From SAR202 cluster bacterium bin22 (GTDB lineage Bacteria > Chloroflexota > Dehalococcoidia > Lucifugimonadales > UBA3495), in assembly GCA_002238505.1 (NCBI GenBank), contig MPMM01000008.1:34589-98588 (forward strand): a stretch of 64,000 bases of DNA. The letters are read 5' to 3'. Made by a program: the position numbers and the translations under genes. Shown in pieces: positions 1 through 7,859 of this stretch. Every line of letters starts with the position of its first letter. Position 1 is the stretch's first letter. The notes under the pieces were generated by a model, which did no database searches, was not told the DNA's origin, and was given only the letters and a program-made list of their open reading frames with translations.

Positions 1-673
1 GTACGTCCGCTATGATTATTTACGGTTGCAAATTAGGAAAAACGCCCAAACCATGCGTGCGGGGAGGTGGCAAGGACGAAATTTCGGCTTGAATTTCGTA
101 GGCATGATATGGAACCTTGGAGGCAATGGTTTACCGGTTGCGCCAATCCTATCTCTCTCAATTCATCTCAAGTACTTAGACGTGAAGGGTGAATCTACAC
201 AGAAATGCTCCGACGAGGCGTTCAGGCCAGAAGGCAGGGCAAGTTCAATAAGCGTCAGGCTGGCGTCCACCAGGATAACACCTGCTCATAGCGTTGGCTG
301 AATGCCAAGAAGATGAGCTTCACTCCAGTGCGAGAGAGTGGCATCAAGCTCCGCCACTTAAGAAACAACTGGTTGTGCCTCAGCTTCCCACCTATGGCCC
401 TCGCCAATTCGTGCACTAGAGCGGAAATGTTGGAGGCTACAGTCGGGCGCCGCTTGCAAGCAATTAGGTTGAGCCATGGATGTGCAAGGCTTTCTGGTTC
501 CGTAGTTGCGCCTACCGACGACATTTTCCCACCGTTGCATGAATTTGCAACGGACCTGTTAGACGCGATACCACTCCCTGTCTATGCCGAATGTCAGTTT
601 CACCTGCCAACCACAATAAGGAAAGCGTTACCAAGAGTAGCGATAGGGGGCCAAGTCTTGGTCCTATTTCTCG

Positions 674-713
674 TTGACGGGTTTATCTGGCTGGCAGTAT
701 CATGTTGTGATAC
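674..713 (+). promoter_or_regulatory. candidate hicA promoter with overlapping operator-like palindrome
   Basis: -35 TTGACG (674-679), 18-nt spacer, -10 TATCAT (698-703). A perfect inverted repeat GTATCA-N5-TGATAC (697-713) overlaps the -10 and ends 10 nt before the hicA ATG. The HicB part of the downstream ORF has an RHH-like DNA-binding tail. Confidence 0.4.
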
Positions 714-722
714 TATACGTCT

Positions 723-980
723 ATGCGAAAGAAACACCGAGAAACGTTGGCCGCGATTTTCCGCCACCCCACTCCGTCGGACATAAGGTGGCAGGACGCC
801 ATGGCATTGTTGCAGGCCTGTGGGGCCGAGATTGAAGAACGAGGAGGTTCGATGACGGCTGTGCTCCTCAACGATGAGTTGATATTGTTGCATCGGCCTC
901 ATCCAGGCAACGAGATTGACAAGGGTGCTGTGGCTTCGCTGCGCAGGTTCTTGGGGCAAGTTGGCATCGGGCCAACCTGA
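723..980 (+). CDS. hicA: HicA-family toxin (mRNA interferase type)
   Basis: 85-aa ORF. N-terminus 'KHRETLAAIFRHPTPSDIRWQDAMALLQACGAEIEERGGS' and C-terminus 'LHRPHPGNEIDKGAVASLRRFLGQVGIGP' fit the HicA subfamily consensus as I recall it. It lies 14 nt upstream of a HicB-type ORF, the usual toxin-first hicAB order. Confidence 0.75.
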   Translation: MRKKHRETLAAIFRHPTPSDIRWQDAMALLQACGAEIEERGGSMTAVLLNDELILLHRPHPGNEIDKGAVASLRRFLGQVGIGPT

Positions 981-994
981 AAGGAGGTAGATAG

Positions 995-2470
995 ATGGAA
1001 TATAACGGGTACCACGCGGTTGTGACCTTCGACGAAGAGTTAGGTATCCTTCACGGAGAAGTAATCAACACGCGCGACGTGATTACCTTCCAAGGAAAAT
1101 CTGTGGACGAGTTAGAGCAGTCCTTCAGAGCCTCGGTAGGAGAGTACCTCAAGATATGTGAAGAGAGAGGGCGAGCGCCTGACAAACCCTTCTCTGGACG
1201 GGTAGTTCTACGTATGGAACCAGAGACGCATCGTGCCGTTGCTGGGGCCGCTAGGATCAGCAGAAAGAGCCTCAATTCCTGGATCTTGGAAGCGATTGAC
1301 GGCCATCTGACTCGCGCTGATGAAGAGAAGGATCCGATAGAATGCGACCTCCAGTTGACTGCCTTGCCTGCCGACTCCGCATTCGAAGCATTTTTGGACG
1401 AAGTTTCACTACGGAATGGTGGGCAGGACCCGGTTAGTCCTGTCATACCCTTCTGGGTAGATCTTCACAACGGGCGCATATGGGCCAGCGACGTCCGGCC
1501 GGCTCATGAAGTCTTTACATTCGAGGCCAGGGCGCCCTATCACCACCCGGTCAGATACAGCCCATTGAGTGAGTTCCTCACAGATAAAGTGAACCTTAAT
1601 CAGAGCCGGCTGGATCGATTGGCAACCAGCGTCGGCGCGATAAACAGTCAGCTCAAAGAGCAACTAGCCGGCTACCAGAGCCTGCACCGGCATGGCTCTT
1701 ATGCCTCGGGGACTCTCATCAAGCCAGGGGGCGACAAAGGCGAGTACGACGCGGACATTCTGGTCGTGATGAACCAGAACTCTCAGTGGGAACCCAAAGA
1801 CTACCTCCTTGAGGTCCGCCGCACTTTGGCGACCAACAAGACTTACGCCGATAAACTAAGGTTGAAGACCAGATGTGTTACTGTGGACTATCCTGGGGAT
1901 TTTCACTTGGATGTGGTGCCGCGATTGGAGATGGAGGGCAAGCATTACGTCTGCAACCGGATTGACAACAAATTCGAGGAAACTGATGGCGATGGGTTCA
2001 GGGACTGGTTCAACGAAAAGAACCGCATCACCGATGGCAATTTGAAGCGGGTAGTCAGGTTGCTGAAATACCTCCGGGACCACAAGAACAGCTTCGCCGC
2101 CGAGTCGATTCTGCTGACCACCCTTGCCGGCAACACCATTAAGGCGTCGGATGAAGGGAAGGAAGAAGTGAGTACTGTTGCTGACACTCTGGTCACCGTC
2201 CTCACCCGAATGGACGATTACCTGCAGCAGCAACCCAGCATGCCAGAGATCAAGAATCCTGTTCTGGACACGGAAGACTTTGATCGGCACTGGAACCAGC
2301 GGAAATACGTGAACTTCAAGAACCGTGTGCACTCGTACGCCCAAACAGCGAAAAGGGCCAATAAGGAAGTCTACGGCGAAAAGGAGATCAAACTGTGGCG
2401 CGAACTCTTCGGTGACGCCTTTGGCGAACCCGCAAGCTCTGGCGGTAGTGGCCGGTTCGTGGAGCGGTAG
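995..2470 (+). CDS. HicB antitoxin fused to a SMODS/CD-NTase-like nucleotidyltransferase (single 491-aa ORF)
   Basis: aa 1-~107 'MEYNGYHAVVTFDEELGILHGEVINTRDVITFQGKSVDELEQSF..YLKICEERGRAPDKPFSGRVVLRM..RKSLNSWILEAI' form a full HicB with an RHH-like tail. aa ~190-491 carry the Pol-beta NTase signature: G234-S235, D252xD254 ('GSYASGTLIKPGGDKGEYDADILVV'), D306 ('HLDVVP'), then 'LKRVVRLLKYLRD' and a C-terminal 'WRELFG', as in SMODS/CD-NTases. There is no stop codon between the two parts. Confidence 0.7.
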   Translation: MEYNGYHAVVTFDEELGILHGEVINTRDVITFQGKSVDELEQSFRASVGEYLKICEERGRAPDKPFSGRVVLRMEPETHRAVAGAARISRKSLNSWILEAIDGHLTRADEEKDPIECDLQLTALPADSAFEAFLDEVSLRNGGQDPVSPVIPFWVDLHNGRIWASDVRPAHEVFTFEARAPYHHPVRYSPLSEFLTDKVNLNQSRLDRLATSVGAINSQLKEQLAGYQSLHRHGSYASGTLIKPGGDKGEYDADILVVMNQNSQWEPKDYLLEVRRTLATNKTYADKLRLKTRCVTVDYPGDFHLDVVPRLEMEGKHYVCNRIDNKFEETDGDGFRDWFNEKNRITDGNLKRVVRLLKYLRDHKNSFAAESILLTTLAGNTIKASDEGKEEVSTVADTLVTVLTRMDDYLQQQPSMPEIKNPVLDTEDFDRHWNQRKYVNFKNRVHSYAQTAKRANKEVYGEKEIKLWRELFGDAFGEPASSGGSGRFVER

Positions 2471-3162
2471 CATGGTCTCCATCGCCGCGGGACCGGAAAT
2501 TGTCACCGTCGGAGAACTGCGGCAAGTTCAAACTTTGAAGGTTGGACCCGGGTCCAACTAGCGTTTAGACCCGCCGCACCAGTGCAACAATCTTTAGGCG
2601 AATTTGACGGCCCTCCACCAGAATGTTGACAAGTGAGCTAATACGGCATTCCAAGAGCCATAACCAGAAACGCACACGATCTTGGTCGTTAGGAACGTAG
2701 GTGCTATCGGGACACCGTGTTGACCAGCGCGATGATCGACTCTACCGGAAGGATTGCTTTGAATATCCGCAAGTCCCAATATTTGGGGGCTGCCAGGGCG
2801 AAATTTCAGCTGTACCTGGTGGCTACCATGCCTAACCTGACCTTGGTGGCGAGAAAACCGGGCGGGCGGAACAGGCGGCGTTACCAGCAGCTGGGACACT
2901 TCTGTATGGAGGTGGACCATTCCTCCTTTGATTGCTTCCATGGGCGGCCAGATCGAGTCTTGATACCGGACTGGCTTGCACTGGCATCATCTTTGGAGTA
3001 CATGTCTCCGAGCAAGTATTCCTCGTCAAAGTTCTGCCGGGGGAGTGCAGAATTAACTACCATTTAGTCATTCGTACATGACCCGCACGCTGAGGCCAGC
3101 GAGCGAGCCGGAGCCTTCGGACCGCGTGACGTTAGCATAGAGAGCTTCCCCAGGAGGATCAT

Positions 3163-4020
3163 TTGATACAAGGAACAACCGTCATCCGGGAGGGAGCTAG
3201 GCGAGATATAGTCGACCTGATTCTTCTCAGGGGAGTGCCCTTTCACGGGCGTCTCAACTGCATGGATTTCCTTAAACGGGTCTGGCCTCTCGAAGAGATG
3301 CCGTCGGAGGACCATCGGTTCCGTACTGCGACCGGCGATATAGCGACTCACATTGGCTTCCGCGACTGGGACGACTCACACCTCCTTTTGGAGCGTTTGA
3401 AGCTAGCACGTGGACCCGACGAGGAGTTCCTGCGGTTTATTGAGGAGGTAGTGCACCCGTTGGTCGTCCCCGATGAAACGGAAGTGCTCAGCCTAGTTGC
3501 AGCCATCAACGGGCCCCTCGGAAGAGAAGGCTATCATCTTGTCGAAACAGACCGGATTTCCGGGAAGACCGTTTATGGGGCCAAACCGGTTACTTTCGTG
3601 CGGGCAGATCCTGACCCGACACCGTGGGAGAAGGTCGACAGGCAGGCTAACGCTATGCGTGAGCAACTTACGCTCGCCTTGTCTCACGGTGCGGCTGAGG
3701 AAGGGTATCAGGTCGTCGGCCATCTTGGGCGTGAGGTGATGATTTCACTTGCCCAAGCAGTGATTGACCCATCCGAAGCCATCGGCGAAGACGGCAAGCG
3801 CCCAAGCGAGACCGACGCAGTCCGATTGCTCGATGCCTACATCGGAAGGACATTGCCCGGCAGTGGCCATGAAGCTCTACGAAGGGCTGTCCGCGGAGTC
3901 GTTCAGGCCACAAGCGCGGTTCTACACGTCCGTAGCGCAACATACAAAGACGCCCTGCTGGCAGTGGAACTCGTCTCCGCCACTGTTCACCTCACGCACA
4001 TACTCGCAAACTATCCCTAG
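3163..4020 (+). CDS. AbiJ-N-terminal-domain-like protein with helical, possibly HEPN-like C-terminal half
   Basis: TTG start 5 nt after AGGAGG (3152-3157). The N-terminal half 'FLKRVWPLEEMPSEDHRFRTATGDIATHIGFRDWDDSHLLLERLKLARGPDEEFLRFIEEVVHPLVVP..LVAAINGPLGREGYHLVETDRISGKTVYG' matches the AbiJ-NTD3-type pattern from memory. The C-terminus is 'LHVRSATYKDALLAVELVSATVHL'. The CDS call is firmer than the function call. Confidence 0.5.
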   Translation: MIQGTTVIREGARRDIVDLILLRGVPFHGRLNCMDFLKRVWPLEEMPSEDHRFRTATGDIATHIGFRDWDDSHLLLERLKLARGPDEEFLRFIEEVVHPLVVPDETEVLSLVAAINGPLGREGYHLVETDRISGKTVYGAKPVTFVRADPDPTPWEKVDRQANAMREQLTLALSHGAAEEGYQVVGHLGREVMISLAQAVIDPSEAIGEDGKRPSETDAVRLLDAYIGRTLPGSGHEALRRAVRGVVQATSAVLHVRSATYKDALLAVELVSATVHLTHILANYP

Positions 4021-4316
4021 CTATTTGGCCAGAGAGTCGAGGCTGTCGGATGGGCGGGGATACCCGTGGCAACAAGGGTAGCGAGGGCTGAGTATGCGGG
4101 AAGAACGGTCGGAGCAGCGGGGTTTGTGCGAAGCCGACAGTTTGTATTTGAACCACGTATGAGGGGACACCTGGACGGGCTGCCTTTCATCTGAGGCGAT
4201 CACATTCTCAGCGGGGAGTTTGACCCTGCGTAAAGCCTACTTGCGTATCTGCCGAGAGTGAACTACAAGAGAGTAACAGAGTCATTTCTCTGTAACTAGG
4301 GAAAAATAGGCGAAGG

Positions 4317-5555
4317 TCACGAGGGGCAATTTAATAAAGCCGCCGACCGATAGATTCCTATCGCGTCTGACTGAACGTGCTCGTAGGTCTGAACCGGACC
4401 CAGGGTGTTCAACAGTTGACCTACGAGCATAGCCAGTCCAACTGGAACCGCCATGAATAGATGGACCCGTCCGCCGGTTGAGTACTCGCTCCGGGCCCTG
4501 CGGGCCGCCTCAATTGTCTTCCGGGCAAGGTCGACAGCTTGGCCAGGGGTGTCCAAGGTGGCTCCCTGCCTGCTGTTGTGGTGGTTGAGATGCACGTAGG
4601 CTCTGAATGGACCAACTTCCCCCACCGACGACGCAACTGCCTGAGTGACGTCATTGTTGACGGAAACTAGAACTGCCAAATCGTCAGATCCCAGTTCTCC
4701 TTCCAGGATGTTGATTGAAAAGCCAGCATCTTCACGGCCGCAACTCAGGTTCCAAATTTGGCAATTGCCGTCGGGCATTCGCTGTTCCCAAGCGGTTTCG
4801 ATGCCGGAAGTGGCCATAAACTCAAAGCCCAAGGCAGTAGCTGCTGGCAGCGACGCGAATCCGCAGATCAATAGCTTTCTGTGGGGGAGCACTTGCTCGA
4901 CGGTGCTTCTTACATCGGTCAGGGCCGGCAGCAACTTCCGCTGCCAGTCCGCGGCAGACGCTTCACGGTTATAATCTCCTCCGAACCTGTGGCTCCAGTC
5001 GATTGCCAATGCCGACCCAAGTTGGGGTCCCATGGCCCGTCTGGTATTGAACGATATCCTCAGTGGCTCGCCTTGCGGCAGTCGTGCATCTATTGCCTGC
5101 AATCGCTGTTTGAGTACCTGATTCGCCACCCTTGAAATATCCGCATCTGTGGCAGGATCTGCGTCGAGCTTGATCGTGTTCCAGTTGGCTATATTGGTCA
5201 GGCTTACGCTGTTTCGTATCGCCTGCGCAGCTTCCTGGTAACCGAGACCGCCAGCGGCAACAGGCACCACAAAGAATCCGTCAGCCCTGCCGTGTCGTTC
5301 AAAGGCTATGGGCGCCTCGACGTTCCGTATCATCAGGGAGTCAGCCGTTTCAGGACTCATCCAGAGCACCACGTTGGCAATACCATCGTCTCGCAGGACC
5401 CTGCGAAGTTCCCTTTCGGTGGGTTCCGTGTTCAAGTCGTCGACGTCGCGCCAGGTGGGAATTCCCCGTTCGCGCTGCGCGGCAATTAAACGGGCGCATT
5501 CATCGCTTCGGCTCCTGCGATAACTGAGAAAGGAACGGCCGGTTGGGTCAGTCAT
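4317..5555 (-). CDS. CBASS effector, TIR-SAVED
   Basis: N-terminal TIR-like 'FLSYRRSRSDECARLIAAQRERGIPTWRDVDDL...VVLWMSPETADSLMIRNVEAP'. The C-terminal ~250 aa are SAVED-like and end 'VHLFMAVPVGLAMLVGQLLNTLGPVQTYEH'. Overlaps cap3 by 8 nt and is the last gene of the operon. Confidence 0.8.
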   Translation of the reverse strand: MTDPTGRSFLSYRRSRSDECARLIAAQRERGIPTWRDVDDLNTEPTERELRRVLRDDGIANVVLWMSPETADSLMIRNVEAPIAFERHGRADGFFVVPVAAGGLGYQEAAQAIRNSVSLTNIANWNTIKLDADPATDADISRVANQVLKQRLQAIDARLPQGEPLRISFNTRRAMGPQLGSALAIDWSHRFGGDYNREASAADWQRKLLPALTDVRSTVEQVLPHRKLLICGFASLPAATALGFEFMATSGIETAWEQRMPDGNCQIWNLSCGREDAGFSINILEGELGSDDLAVLVSVNNDVTQAVASSVGEVGPFRAYVHLNHHNSRQGATLDTPGQAVDLARKTIEAARRARSEYSTGGRVHLFMAVPVGLAMLVGQLLNTLGPVQTYEHVQSDAIGIYRSAALLNCPS

Positions 5556-6060
5556 TCATAATCTCCATCAAGCTTTGAGGCCCTTCGGGATCTAGCCTTA
5601 ACGTTCCCTGCTGGCGAGGGAAGACATGGGCCGTCAGAGCATAGCCATTACCGACGACCAGCAGGAGTGGTTCGGGACAATTGGCCTGGTCGCTGTTGGC
5701 AATCTCCTGCATCCGCCTGACGTCTTCGGCGCTTGGTTCTGGGGAGCTTCCCGGGTGGTAGTGCCATTCTCCCAGGTAGTACTCTTCCTTGGGCCACAGG
5801 GCCCGAAGGAGTTCCTGTAGTCCCTGGGTGCCCCGGTAGAAGGAAGTCCGTTTCCGCTGTGAGTCGGACGGCGGACCGGTAACGCGGGTTACGGTCGCGG
5901 TGTCGAGCCCAGCGTTGTATTGACCAATCAGCACACCACCGGTCTCCAGCGGGTGAGAAGCCAGGCACAAATGCCTGATTGTCCCCAACTGGTCATCACC
6001 AATGACCATTCGGAACCGCCCGTCCGGGGACCCGTAGGCAACGTCACCTCGGCAAGCCAT
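5548..6060 (-). CDS. cap3: CBASS Cap3, JAB/JAMM isopeptidase
   Basis: JAMM motif 'ETGGVLIG' ... 'GEWHYHPGSSPEPSAED' (E, HxH, S, D). 170 aa. Overlaps cap2 by 17 nt. Confidence 0.85.
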   Translation of the reverse strand: MACRGDVAYGSPDGRFRMVIGDDQLGTIRHLCLASHPLETGGVLIGQYNAGLDTATVTRVTGPPSDSQRKRTSFYRGTQGLQELLRALWPKEEYYLGEWHYHPGSSPEPSAEDVRRMQEIANSDQANCPEPLLLVVGNGYALTAHVFPRQQGTLRLDPEGPQSLMEIMND

Positions 6061-7852
6061 CGCTCTCGATCATTCTGATGCCCGTGAAGTTTCCGCCTTC
6101 GCTTTCCTGCTGCTCCAGAACGACAAAAATTGGAACCGTCGGGGGGCTGCCGATGGCCCATTCGATGAGCCTGACGGCGGCGGCGGTCATCATCCAGACG
6201 TCATCTATGCGGGCTGGATGCCTTGGGTGCCAGCAGCCAGGGCCGTCACGCGGTAGTTCGTTTGGGTCGTAATCCTCCCTCTCCAAACGAAGCCAGGGCT
6301 GAAGATGTTCCGTGAACTCTTCGCCGGGGAACGACGTACCGTGCGCGGCAAAGAAATACAGTCGGCGGGCGTGCAGGCCTAGCGAGACCGATATGAAGGT
6401 CTTGCTGTTGCGCCAGGCGAACCGGCTCATCGCTGCTATTGTTTCGTCATCCCCGGTGGTATCAATGACGACGCCTGCGCTGTCTATGCATTCGGGGCTC
6501 TGGGCAGCATCGGGTGGGAATGCTTCATCGAGGCCTGTGACTTGAGTGTGCAGCGTAGCGTCTCTGAGCCTGTCGGCCACCCCGGTTGCCTTTGCCCGGC
6601 CGATATCCGAAACCTGCAAGGTATGCCGCACCAGATTTCCAGCTTCCAGAAGGTCATGGTCGATAACGGCGAGATTACGGACACCGGCGCGAGCCAGCAT
6701 CTCGGACAGCACCGAGCCGACCGCACCCGCCCCTATGATGAGAGTTGGACTATGGGCTGCCACATCACTCAATCTGCCCCTGACGGAAATCTCTTCCTGG
6801 TGCCAGTTTTCAGTGGTGATCCACTGCAGAGCGGCGCCATCGGGTATGGCGCTTTGCTTATACTCCAGCCACTTGCCTTGCTCGTTGTTTCGGAATCCGG
6901 ACTGTATCCCGAAAATCTGGTCAGGAAGTCTCAGGGCAAGCCAGTGCATCCTCCGGTCCGGCCCATCCACTCTCTCCGGAATGGGAAAACCGATGAGCAG
7001 CATGGTGTAATTTGGGGGTGCCACAACGGCCGAACGCAAGAGTTTGTCCAGATCGATGGACTGCTCTTTCAACACCTGTCTGAGTTCACCCCACGAGGCC
7101 GGTACTTGATAGGGCTTCAATATAGGCGCACTCTCTGATCTGACCCAAACAACTGACTGTCGCCCTCGGGAATCCAAGCCCCGACCCCACTCCTGGTCGA
7201 TGGCCGTGCGGCCTTTTCCTACATCGAATCTGGTGACTGCCAAGATTGATGAAGCTGTTTCCAGGATCTCCATGTGGGCTTCTCCACATCGCTTGCCGCT
7301 AACTTGCCATTGCTCCAGGGTTGCGCCGCTCTCGGCGAAGACAACCTTCGTTATTTCCCCCGAGGGGACGAAAGGCAGTTCGTAGTAGTCGCCAGCCTCG
7401 ACAAGTTCATCGCGCGAAGCTAATTCAATCCAGGTTCGTGCTCGCTCCACATGCCAGGCCAAATTGCTGGAGGCTTCCGCTGGCTCGATGTCATACCCCC
7501 GTCGCCGCAGCGGCGCCGCTTCGGTCCAGGTGCACAACTTGCCCGTCCGCCAAGGGCAATCCGGTTTGCCAACTCCATTGAAGTTCTGATGGGGAAACGT
7601 TTGTGTTATTCCTCCCACCTTGGCAGGGAAGATGCCGATGCTGTCGTCCGGGTAGTCGTCGCCGACGAGAACGAACCAATCCGTCACCCGTGGTATTGGG
7701 CCACTGTCTACCGTATCCGCTGCAATGCGGAGATGGACTGCCCAGCGTCGCTCCCGCGAATACCACTTTGGCCCTTCCGATGTTATTACACCGGGCAGGT
7801 CTGCCAGGGAAGACAGGCCTGCCCGAAGTTTGTCGTTTAGCTGCATTTGCAC
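6044..7852 (-). CDS. cap2: CBASS Cap2, E2-E1 fusion (ubiquitin-transferase-like)
   Basis: N-terminal E2-like 'FPHQNFNGVGKPDCPWRTGKLCTW'. Central ThiF/E1 Rossmann fold 'LIIGAGAVGSVLSEMLARAGVRNLAVIDHDLLEAGNLVRH'. 602 aa. Confidence 0.85.
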   Translation of the reverse strand: MQMQLNDKLRAGLSSLADLPGVITSEGPKWYSRERRWAVHLRIAADTVDSGPIPRVTDWFVLVGDDYPDDSIGIFPAKVGGITQTFPHQNFNGVGKPDCPWRTGKLCTWTEAAPLRRRGYDIEPAEASSNLAWHVERARTWIELASRDELVEAGDYYELPFVPSGEITKVVFAESGATLEQWQVSGKRCGEAHMEILETASSILAVTRFDVGKGRTAIDQEWGRGLDSRGRQSVVWVRSESAPILKPYQVPASWGELRQVLKEQSIDLDKLLRSAVVAPPNYTMLLIGFPIPERVDGPDRRMHWLALRLPDQIFGIQSGFRNNEQGKWLEYKQSAIPDGAALQWITTENWHQEEISVRGRLSDVAAHSPTLIIGAGAVGSVLSEMLARAGVRNLAVIDHDLLEAGNLVRHTLQVSDIGRAKATGVADRLRDATLHTQVTGLDEAFPPDAAQSPECIDSAGVVIDTTGDDETIAAMSRFAWRNSKTFISVSLGLHARRLYFFAAHGTSFPGEEFTEHLQPWLRLEREDYDPNELPRDGPGCWHPRHPARIDDVWMMTAAAVRLIEWAIGSPPTVPIFVVLEQQESEGGNFTGIRMIESDGLPR

Positions 7853-7859
7853 GATACGG

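Noticed and set aside
313-959. ORFs 313-786(+) and 600-959(-) overlapping hicA, and ORFs 26-301(+) and 255-524(-) at the left edge.
   Set aside because: They show no motifs and atypical composition, and they conflict with the well-supported hicA and its promoter. All six frames of 1-250 contain stops, so no gene enters from the left edge. nt 1-670 is left unannotated.
2594-3067. Short overlapping ORFs in the gap after the HicB-NTase gene.
   Set aside because: They are mutually exclusive frames with no RBS and odd Cys/Trp/His content. They are reported as a finding (possible decayed gene) rather than as features.
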